In this document: one piece after another, positions 1 through 22,965 of the stretch
How the letters are laid out: every line of letters begins with the position of its first letter
How positions within the stretch are numbered: the first letter of the stretch is position 1
NCBI GenBank assembly: GCA_028534125.1
Contig: JAPYYK010000093.1
Coordinates: forward strand, 310,001 to 374,000
Direction of reading: 5' to 3'
Length of the DNA stretch: 64,000 nucleotides
DNA from: Lama glama
Lineage: Eukaryota
Notes under the pieces: model-generated
Told to the model about the DNA's origin: nothing
The model's input: the letters and a program-made list of their open reading frames with translations, nothing else
Databases searched by the model: none
Program-made: the position numbers and the translations under genes

Positions 1-1904
1 AAAGGCTTTGGGGCTGCCCTGCCCCCAGCTCAGCTTGGCTGGGGCTCCAGGGTTGCAAGGCTGTGGCCAGGGGCTGAGGCCTTCCGGCTGGCCGCTCATT
101 AAAAGAGGATTAGGCCAGGAGCCAGGGGGCCAGCCCAGCCCCCGGGCCTTCCTCTGGGGCCCCTCACAGCTTGGGGGAGTGATGAAGGGGCTGGGGGCCA
201 CCCTTCTCGAGAGCCCACATGGTGTCCGGGAGGGATTGTCTGGCCCCTGCCACTTCTGCTGCTGCCACTGCTGCCATCTCCTGTCCTCCTGGTTTCCGTC
301 CTCAGAAGGGCAGGAGGATGAATTGCTGACAAAGACCCTGGCCAGCACGCCTGCCCCTCACCCCAACCTCATTTCTCTTCAGCTTAGGGATTAGGGCTGC
401 ACCAGCCCACATAAGGTCAGAGGTCAGGGCTGGGCTGCAGGGACCTGTCTATCACCCCCCAGAACCCAAGCACAGCCAGGGGAGGTGACACTGTCAGTCA
501 GAGCCTGCTGCTTTGTGGGGCTATAACCAAGGGGGCGGGGTGCCCATCTCTGCTCTGAGACCCCCCTGTTTGCTGCAGCCCCTGCCTCACTAGCAATAGA
601 CCTGGTGTCCTAGAGACGGGCAGTAGGGGTCAGGGGCCGCTCACTTGGGGTCTGCGGGTGAGGGCTGTGGACACGCCTCCTCAGTGCTATCCTCGCCCAC
701 TGCCTCCTTTAAAGTAAGGCATCATCAGCTGCTTCCCAGAGAGAAGGAAACAGAGACCCCCAGGATTAAGCCTCCTATGCACTGAGAAAGTCCCTGCCTC
801 TGGACCTTTGCCAGGCCTTCTGGGCCAGGACCCCGAGTTTCTAATGGCCATGGGAGAGTGCTTGAGGCTGGGAACGGCTGTGGAAATGAGGTGTCTGATG
901 CCAGAAAAGGCTCTTCCTTCCCGATGACGGGAAAAGCCTTCCCGGATGTCACCCCACCCAACCTGTGCCCAGCCTGGGTGAAGGCATGGGGGTGGGGAGC
1001 CCTTCCCTGGAGCATCATCAAGGCACACCGCCCTCCCTCCCCAAGGTCAAAGCTTATCCAGACTTGAATCCTTGATACCCACAGAGCCCTTGGTTGTGCC
1101 CCAACTCCTCTCTCAGTATTGTCCTGGGTTCGGAGAGGGATGACACTCCTACTATCAGACCTGGGCCTGGAACAAGTGGAGCAGAGGTAGGGACTGGCCT
1201 GAGGACACAAGCAGCCTGGGTGCATGTCAGCTCCCTCACATACACTGATGCCCCCTCAGGCCCCAGGTCCCCTTGGCCCAAGTCGCTACTCCTTAGTGGG
1301 ATTGGGGACCCTAGGCTCTAGCCCTGCTGGCTGGCAGCGCTACAGGTGTCAGAGCAGGATATCCAGGGCTACTTGACCACCTCCTGCCCTGACCCAGGCT
1401 TCTTTGAAGAATGAAGGCCCCCAGTTCCTTTGCCCTGTGGCAAGGTGGGGAGAGAGAGGACAGGACACTGTTTCACCCCTCACCCTGTGACCTGAGGTGA
1501 GCACCACTTGGCCCTGGGCCTGTCTTCCTGTCTGGAGCTGGGGGTGCAAGGCTGTCTTCCCTACAATCTGACATGAGGGTGATGAGCACTCCCTGACCCC
1601 AACTGCCAGAAGCCCACACCAGAGCCAAAAATTCCTGACCCTTGGTCCCACCCCTTCCCCACCCACACAGCCTTATGGGGGTTCCACCCCCCTCGCAGTT
1701 TCCACAGTGACCAAAACATCACATCCTGTGACAACAGAGCCATTGACGCCATATCCCGTGGCCACTGGGCGGGGTCCCAAGGGTCCTGAGTCATGTGCCC
1801 CATCAATGGAGGACTAGTCACTTTCCGGCCTTGGCCCTCCTGGCAGGCAGTCCCCACCACCAGGACTGATTCTTCTGGGACCTGCCCCTCCTCCAGCCCA
1901 GAAG

Positions 1905-2030
1905 GCCACAGACCTGGGTGGGAATCCACTCTCCATGCACTCTGACATGTCACTTCCCTTCCCTGTGCCTCTCCATCCTCATCTGTAAATTGGATATTGT
2001 GAGCACAGGATTTTGCCCATAATAGGTACC
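1905..2030 (+). mobile_element. MIR SINE fragment
   Basis: Core-like tgtcacttcccttccctgtgcctc...cctcatctgtaaattgg; boundaries approximate. Confidence 0.55.
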
Positions 2031-4237
2031 TGATGACCAAGTGATTCCAACTTCTGCCCAGGGTGCAGGGAGCATGCAGGGTTGAAAGGTGGGATGTCAG
2101 ATCAAGGCTGGTCTCCTGCTCCACATGGAAGTCTGTTTGCTCATTTGCTGAGTGATCTCTCTCCTGCCTTTCTCACGGCGCTGGACTGCTGGGGCTTTGA
2201 ACTCAGGAGGAGGGCTTGGACTTGGGGCTCTGGCACTGGGCGTCATGGCACTGCAGAGGGGAAGGGTCCACTTTACAGGGGCCCAAGGCTGGGCAGAGAT
2301 GGAGGGTAGGGATTATGGCTAGTTGCATCCCTGGGGCTAGATGTTCAGAGTTTGCCCCCACCTCGGGTGCCTGTGTCTAAAGGTGTCCACTTGAACTTCA
2401 CCTCCCTCCCCTCCATTACCCCTCAAATGCCCCCTAGCTCAGCAGGACGAGTAAGGGCACATCCAAGGCCATGCCCCCAGCCAGGGTATAAATAACGCCT
2501 GGCGGGCTGTCCCCGCCTGGGGGGGCTCCGCTGGCAGCCCCACTTCCTCTCTGGCCACTTCCTGGCCCTGGGGGTGGGGGAGTGTTTACTTTCCTGTTGT
2601 CACTATGACTGGGTGGCCAGGCGGGGGACTCCGAGTGGCCCAACAACAGGTGCAAGACAGGTGCCCAGGCTACCCTGCCCAGGACTTCAGAGGCACCGCC
2701 GGACAGGCAGGCAAGGCCTTAGCCAGGCAGGGATCGGCCCTTTGATCCCTTGGCGTCCCTGCGTCCCAGCGGTTGGCCAAGGTCATCACCTGTATTCTCT
2801 TGTTGCCATAGTCAGGGCTGGGCAGGGCGAGGCCTTTGCGTGCCCTGCCCCGCCCTCAGACGTGAGCTCTGGGTCGGCTGTGGGAGTCCCCTGGCTCCCA
2901 GCCCACCTCACACTCCCATCTCAACACATCCTGGAGTTCCCGTCAAAGCTGCTCTCAGGCGCAGCCTCCCCAGCTCCATTCCAGGGTTGCAGCACACAGC
3001 AGGGTTCAGGGTCAGCCAGGCCAGTCAAAGACAGCTGCCTGAGTAGAGGGTGGCCTTGACTGATGGTATGGGGCCACCTGCTGGTTCCACCTTCAGGCAG
3101 CATCTAGGGCTCTCAGTGACCTCAGATCCCAGCAGTTCTCCTTCTCCAGGCCTCCCCTTGATTGTCCTACCTGTGAAGTGGGTTACCAGCTTTGGGGCAG
3201 GGAGGCGGGGCATGTATGATCTGATGTAGGACATGTGTGTGTATGTGTGTATACCTGGGCCCTGTGCATATGTACGGACTCTTTTGTGTGCTGCCATCTC
3301 AAGCCTTCTATGCCGGTGAATATTCATCACCCTCATTAACAATATCCTCTCCTGAAGAGCTAAAAATAGCTAGGGGTAGGTGGAGGAGGGGCTTGCTAAG
3401 GGGACCCCTCAGCACTCCCCCTCCCAGAGGAAGTTTCCCAAGTTTTCTGGAGTCCTGTGCTGTCATTGGCCTCTCACTAGCCAGGTTTCCTCCTGTCCTT
3501 CATCCCCAGGAAGGACTCAAGCAGAAGGGAATCAGGACTCAGCTGAACCCTGTCCCCAGCCCCGGGAACACTGCAGCATTAGGGAGAGGGCCTCTTTCCT
3601 GGGAAAGACTTCCTGGCTGGTTCAAAGAGGCCTGAGGATCCCACTACTGGCAGCCCTGTGGGGTCTGGGGGAAGCCCAATGTCTGTTGGACAGTTTGGCT
3701 CCAGCAGGGCTTTTCAGTGTCCTGGTGAACCCGCTTCGGGCGAGGTGGGGGCCTTGCTGTGCGCCAGGTTTGCCCTCTGTCTGGTGGGCAGCTGGGGTGA
3801 GGACGTGGCACTCTGGCTCTGTGCCAGCGTCCTGGCTGCACCTGCCCCACCCCTCTGCCCATTAACCCTTTTAGGCCCTTGTGGGAAGCTGGCCCCACCC
3901 TGAGCTTGGGAGCATTAACCCCTAGCCAAGCAAAGAGTCTTTGATGCCATCACGTGCCCTGGCCTGCACCCCCTGCCCTTTCACTGGGACCCGGAGACTG
4001 ACTGGGCTGCTGATGAATCAGGGCCCTGGCTTTGGGTGTGGTTCCTTCCCTGGCCTGCCCATCTGTCCCACTTTCTTCTCCCAGGATGTCATGGACTAGA
4101 GAGGGAACCAAGTAGGCCCTGGAGGAGAAGATGGGGGTGTAAGAGGACCATGTGGTGAGGGTCCCCTCTCCATCAAAGCAGGGTATGGCCGGATGGTCTC
4201 CAAGTGCCCTCACTGCTGCCCTGCCCTCCGCCCACAG

Positions 4238-13858
<9,621 letters not shown>

Positions 13859-13872
13859 GGCCTGCTGTCTGA

Positions 13873-14006
13873 NNNNNNNNNNNNNNNNNNNNNNNNNNNN
13901 NNNNNNNNNNNNNNNNNNNNNNNNNNNNNNNNNNNNNNNNNNNNNNNNNNNNNNNNNNNNNNNNNNNNNNNNNNNNNNNNNNNNNNNNNNNNNNNNNNNN
14001 NNNNNN
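13873..14006. other. Assembly gap (134 N) in SEMA3F 3'UTR
   Basis: N run. Confidence 0.99.
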
Positions 14007-14743
14007 GCCTCAGCGGCAGCATCGTCCAAAACTTAGACCCATGCTGGTCAGAGATGACAGAAAATGGAGCCCACCTAACCAGCCCCAGCCAGTTGGCAGG
14101 GCCAGGCCAGGACCACAGTCCCCAGGCTCAGCTGGGAGTCTACCTGCTCAACAGCCACTGCCAGGATCTGCCGGACACGGGGAGGGAGCGAGCTCTACCT
14201 GGATGGGGCATGGACTGGACACCTCTGCCAGTGTGTGCTGTCAGCCTGCGCCGTCGGCATAGACGTGGATGCGAGGACTGTTTTGGAGACTGGGGGTGGG
14301 GGGTGGGGGCTCAGATGTACTCAGAGAAGGGAAGACGGGGCCGTCACAGGATGCCAGCCCCTGCCTGGGAGAGGGGCACTCAGTCAAGGCCAGCCCCTTC
14401 CTGGGTATTTATTTATTGGGGACAGGAGGAGAGGAGCCCTACCTGGGTGGGGCAGCACCTCCAGTCCCCCTCCCTCCCTGTCTGGCTACTCTACCTCCTC
14501 TTTTTGTCTGTGCCACCGTGATGGGACTGGGAGGAGAGCAGAGGGGCCAGGTGTGGGCAGGGCTGAGGGGGAAGGGAGCCATGATGGAGGCCTGGGGCCA
14601 GTAGGGGCTCCCAGGGCTCCCTTCTGCCTACCACTTCAGATGATGGGTGTAAATAGCTCTGAAGGGCAGTTGGGTAGGTGGGTGGGGGCTCCTGGTGGCC
14701 CTCTGCTGCCCAGGCCACACCTTTCCTGGGGTTCCATCGTGCT

Positions 14744-14749
14744 AATAAA
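14744..14749 (+). terminator. SEMA3F: SEMA3F poly(A) signal AATAAA
   Basis: First visible AATAAA after the stop (part of the UTR is an N gap), ~890 nt downstream, followed by T/GT-rich sequence. Confidence 0.8.
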
Positions 14750-16029
14750 CACTGGCTCTGGGATTAGACTTTGGCTTTCTCCTTGGCAGAGGAGGGAGGA
14801 TGGGGTTCAGCCCACACCCAAGTTCTGTCTCTTCTGTTCCCTCCCCCGACAATGTGGCCTGGCTACCAGTCCCCCCACGATATCTTCTGCAAGCCCAGCT
14901 TCTATTCGCTCATTCAGTGGTTTGATCATTTGTTCACACCACTTTCTCACCTGGCTTTGTGTCCCACAGGGCACTAAGGACTCAGAATTGGCAAGACAAA
15001 GCCATAGCCTTCACAGTTCAGTGGTCTCTGCCCTGAGAATCAGCAGAATTCCCATGCTTCCTGCCTCCTTCTAGCCAGCTCTCAGCAGAGGGACCAGCAG
15101 GAGCAAATGTCCAGAGGTCAGGAAGACCAGGAGAGGTGGAATCTGCTAGAGGGGAAGAGGTGGGGCTGAGGGCCCTGGGCCAAATGGAATTTAAGCCCTG
15201 GCAGGGGAATTTAAGAGCCGGAAGGCTCATGGATCCATCAGGGCTTAGGGCCATACCTGGCAGGCAAGGGGAACCAGGTGGGGACTGGGAGGCAGTGGAA
15301 TGGTCCCCTTTTAAATAAACCCAATATGTAGAAACCAGGTTTTTGTTGGTTGCCCAAAGGTTGGTACCACCCCAAACCTTTGGGCAATGTGTAGGGGGCT
15401 TCAGAGACCCCCTCCCAAACCTCTCGGGCCCACTTACAACATAGTTGGAAGGCAGGTAGAGGATGAATGGAACGTGAAGTCTCAAAGTGGCACAAATTGT
15501 CTGTTGCTCCTGGACAGATACCCCCACACCCAACAGGGTATATGTTGAAGCCACAGCTCATGGAGCTGGTATCCACTTCCCACACATTTAGGGACAGTCT
15601 TCAATGCTCAATATCTGGGGCCCTGGCACCCCTTTGTGGTCTCTTAGGTCGGCAAAAGAGTTGAGTACTAAGGCAGCCAGACTTCCGAGGAGTCCAGCCA
15701 GGTGGCTCAGGGAGGTGGGTAGCAAATCTCCAGAGGTGGGAACTCAACACTACATGCTCAGTTGAACCCCTTACAGCAGCACACCCGGCCCCATCTGAAC
15801 CCACACACAGACCTCAGATCCCAGAGCTGAGTCAGGTGTGCCCTAGAGATACTTGTAGGCAGGTCCCAGCGCCCACCAGGAGACAGAAGAGCAGGGCAGA
15901 TGAGCCCCACTCCTCCATGCCCCTGGGAGCGCCAGACCTGCTCTGGGACTCAGGTTCCCCATCTGACAACAGGCCTGCAGGACATCCCCTGGAAGAGCCT
16001 GGTCACCTCTGCAGATCAGAGACTGTTAC

Positions 16030-16430
16030 ACTCAAGTACAAGTGTACACAGAGGCACAGGCACATGCAAGCATGCACACATACAGGCAGATACGTGCATA
16101 GATGTTCATGCATACAGACACACTGACATACGCGCAGGCAAGAGCACACTAATGTGCATTGCATCTTCAGGGAATTATACATTCATGCACACATGCATAT
16201 GTTAACCCAGATAAGCACAGCGAAGTCCACATACAAACACTTGCACATGAAGAGAAATACACAAAAGTATATCCACACACACACACACACAGGTAAACAA
16301 GCAGGCAAGCATAGACACAACACACAGGCACATGTGTACACACAATATACACAAACGTGTCATGTCACTGCCTTGCTCGGTGCCAGTAAAGGACAGATGT
16401 ACACACCCAGTACAGGTAGCAGACATGCAC
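16030..16430. repeat. CA/TA-rich alternating purine-pyrimidine low-complexity tract
   Basis: acacac/catgca/tacaca runs, including (CA)n near 16274-16291. Confidence 0.8.
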
Positions 16431-16539
16431 GCCCACCCAAGTCCGTTGGAATCATAGAGGCATGTAGAAGCCTTGCCCAGCTGAGACCAGCCTTCAGTAC
16501 AGGGCATACGTGATGTCCACCTTTACCTCTTGACTCCCT

Positions 16540-16680
16540 GTGAAGCATGGAGCCCTGGTCCAGAATCACTCAGCCCTTCTCAACCACCTCCTGCTGTGTG
16601 ACCCTGTGAGCCTTCACTTCCTCTTCAGTAAAATGGGGTTAAAGATGGGGGGCACCCATCCCCTATGGCCGGTAAGGAGC
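16540..16680 (+). mobile_element. MIR fragment
   Basis: ctgctgtgtgaccctgtgagccttcacttcctcttcagtaaaatggggttaaa. Confidence 0.6.
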
Positions 16681-16859
16681 AGTTTTGAGCCCAGTGCTGG
16701 GCTGGGCTTCTCCTCCTTCTCCCTGCTGCCAGGCCCACCCCCCACTTCTCCCACCCCCGGACTTGAGGCCCTATCCTCCCCTTTCTGAGCCTGGACCCAG
16801 GTCTCCCTGCTCTGGAGCAGGGGCTGGACTGACTTCAGGGTCTCTCTCAGAGGGTTTGG

Positions 16860-17173
16860 GGAGCAGTGTAGAGGGGGTGCAGAGTCAGCAGTTGAGGGAT
16901 TGGGGCCATGCCAGCCCGATTAGAAGGGCTGGGGGCTGAGCTGGATTCACCTGTCCTTGTCTCTGATTGGCTCTTGGGTACCCACAACCCTCAAATCCCC
17001 CTAAGCAGCCCCAACAGGGCTTGCCCAGGTCTGTGGACAGCCAGTTGATTGCCAGTTCTGGGATCAGAAGGGTGTCCGGGGAGGCCAGAGGCTGGCCTGA
17101 GCCTGGCTCTGGGGAGCCCCTCCATCCAGAAGAGCCAACTGACCACCTTGTTCCTTCGCCTCCTGCTGGGATC
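16860..17173 (+). promoter_or_regulatory. GNAT1: GNAT1 rod photoreceptor proximal promoter / 5'UTR
   Basis: Maf/NRL element TGCAGAGTCAGCA 16878-16890 (12/13 to the T-MARE), CRX-type GATTAG (CTAATC) 16918-16923, inverted CCAAT 16966-16970, all just upstream of the ATG. Confidence 0.75.
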
Positions 17174-20401
<3,228 letters not shown>

Positions 20402-20765
20402 GGTGGCTCTTCCTCGCGGGCCAGGACGCTCCCCTGTCGTCGTGCCCCTTAATCCCAATACTCCAAGCCTCATTCCCAGCTTGCCACCCCATCTCTCAAC
20501 AGCAGGCCCACACCGAGCTTTCCAGAGCCACTCTACTTGTCTGTAGTCTGGCCCCCAACTCCCAGACCCCACTGCTACCAGGCTCCACCCCACTGCCACT
20601 GGCCCCTACCCTCTGCTCACAAGCCCCACCCAATCAATCCCTTTTGACCCCTCCACAACCCTCCAGGTGCTACTGCTTCCAAGCCCACCTTCCTGCCGCT
20701 CTCAGCCTAAACCCAATTATTTTAGTGCTTAATAATGTTGACTCTGCTCCTTTTTCTCTTCACAG

Positions 20766-22040
20766 GTACCAGAACTCATGCGTACCCCTGAGATTCTGTA
20801 GACCTAGCCGCCTTGTAGCCCTGGTCCACAGGACCCAATCTGCCCCCAGGACTCCTGGGCCCCAGGCTATGGCCCCACCAGCCACAGACCCAAAGCCCTG
20901 AGCCCCGCTAGCCTTGAGGCCCTAACCCTCCCCCATGGCTCCCAGGACTGCCAGGTCTCCCGGAGCCTGGCACCCCCACCCCTAGTGCTGCCCTTCACGG
21001 CCTGGCTGCACTGGCCTCCACAACCCACCATAGCCAGCCTCAGCTAGAAACAAGCAGCACTTGGGGCAGCTAGAGCTCATGGTGACTCAGCAGTGTCCAA
21101 CTGACCAATCTCCTGTGGCTCTCCTGCTCCAGGAGGTCCATGATTCACCTGGTGGGTCTGGGTTCAGCAAACAGCCCTCCCTCCCAGAGTTTCATAAAGG
21201 GCAGTAGGGCAGGCAGGAAACCCTCCTCCACGCAGTCCTGCTGCTTACCATCAGCCCATTCTAGCCTTACCACCTCCATGTGACAAGTCTGACACCTGCC
21301 TACCCAGTGGCTAGTGACTGCCCCGCCCAGCAGCTTCAGGGGTCCAAAGTCCAAGCCAGCTGTGGCCTGTGTAGATTGAACATGATGAATTAGTGAGTAG
21401 GGGCAGGCCTGGGAGCCCCTGGGTGCCAGGCGTATATTCAAGCTGGACCCTTCCCCACATACCCTGACCTCCTCCCCCACAGGCTCTGCCCCTTTCATCC
21501 TCGGACACTGAATTCATAGCCTACCTCATCCACCCACCCACAGCACTCCAGGCTGGCTAGCCAAGGGGATGATCTATTGAGGGAGGGTACTGTTGACACC
21601 GCTGTGGCCAATGGTCAAACTGTCCTGAGGGGTGGCTGGGAGCAGAGTCCGGGTCCCATCGATCAGTCCGAGACAGAGGATTTGAGACAGGAAGGAGGCC
21701 CAGGTTGTGCCCAGAGGAGTCTACCTCAGGTTGGGTCACAAGCAAACTCAGGTGGCCCTCCTGTCCCTGCCAGCAGTTTCTCTCACCCTTCCCATTAAGG
21801 GCCCATTCCCTGGTGGGAGAAACTGAGGGCCATGCCTGAGCCAACAGGGACAAATCCCATGTCCCCACAGCCCTCCTCCTTACTTCCCCATCAAGCACTG
21901 AGTCCTTGCTGATGCCCACGGGCCAGGGCCTGTGCTGCACAAGGACAAGGAGTTCCTGTCTAGCAAGGCCAGGGCATAATTCGCACTCCCTTCAGCTAGA
22001 TGCACAGACTCAGCAATAAACCTTTGCATCAGGCCCCAGC
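20766..22040 (+). other. GNAT1: GNAT1 terminal non-coding exon 9 (3'UTR), end approximate
   Basis: Donor TGAG|gtggct at 20403; strong acceptor tcctttttctcttcacag| ending 20765; AATAAA at 22015. Confidence 0.7.
22015..22020 (+). terminator. GNAT1: GNAT1 poly(A) signal AATAAA
   Basis: First AATAAA downstream of the exon 9 acceptor. Confidence 0.7.
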
Positions 22041-22481
22041 TGTCCTTTCTTACGGGGAGGGGGAGAGCATTCATTATCATGACTCATGGGCATTTATTAA
22101 GTGCACAGTGCCGGCTGGACATAAGTGGGAAGATGGTCCCTTCCAGAGAGAGGCACCTGACCTGACTTGGCAGGGGCACTCTTGGGGCATGGGATCAACT
22201 TGTGCCTCTTGAGAGGGGTTGAGGAGTCGTGGGAAACATTCACAGGGACGGTCTTGTATCAAGAGGGGATTGCGAGGTGGAAGCTCATTCCAGCAGAGGC
22301 AGTAGGGTGTAGAAGGCCCAGGATCATGGGCTTGTGGGCCATGAGTGTTCAATGGAGCAGGAGCGAGGAAGGGGAGGTGGCGTGGGGAGACAGTGGGCAG
22401 GTGCCAAGTGCCAGCCTGAGGGCCTGTGCTTCCTGCAGAAGATGATGGGTCCAGGAAGCCCTCGAAGCTAGGACATAATTG

Positions 22482-22965
22482 CAGGGCCAGGAGTGAGGCT
22501 CTCACTTCAGCTGCAAAATTTAGGGTGGTGTTGAAAGATTCAGTAATTTAGATAGATATTACTGAAGTATTTTAAAAATCAAAATTACTACCAAAAAAAT
22601 CCATGATGAACAAAATATCCAAATTTTAAATAAAGATCCAAGTGAGCCCTGGAGAGCCATCTTGGATCCTGAAGCAAAAGGAAAAATGTCCAACCCTATA
22701 TATGTTTTTATGCAGTTTTAAAGGTTAATTTTTTTTAACAGAACATTAGAGGAAAAAACATTGAAAAAAATTGAAAGTAGTTATATGAAAACTCACAACA
22801 TGACTTTAAGCTTAATTATTTTATTTCTACCAAAAACAAAATTTATAATATTATTTTCCTGGCTTGAATGGAAATAAAATCTTCAATGATATTTTCCAAA
22901 TCTGCTTCTAGAAAAAAAAGTCATTAAAAATTTTCATAAAAACACATGTATAGGGGCACACATTT
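22482..22965 (+). mobile_element. MER96B-like hAT-Tip100 DNA transposon relic (AT-rich)
   Basis: cagggccagg...gcaaaatttagg...aatccatgatgaacaaaatatccaaattttaaataaaga...gagccatcttggatcctgaagcaaaaggaaaaat; family of the distal AT-rich part is uncertain. Confidence 0.7.

Noticed and set aside
3071-3086. Extra CTCF-like matches (reverse CCAGCAGGTGGCCC here; TCAGCAGGTGGCGG near 25658; near 25910; near 52375)
   Set aside because: Mismatches at informative positions and no upstream module; such partial hits are frequent in GC-rich DNA.
14235-15074. 279-aa ORF, the longest in the six-frame track
   Set aside because: Non-ATG start, lies in the SEMA3F 3'UTR and crosses the poly(A) signal, low-complexity G/P/R/S composition and no recognisable domain; expected in GC-rich DNA.
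16967-17173. In-frame open extension upstream of the GNAT1 ATG
   Set aside because: Starts at TTG within the promoter CCAAT box; the true ATG has a good Kozak context and Gly2 must be N-terminal for acylation.
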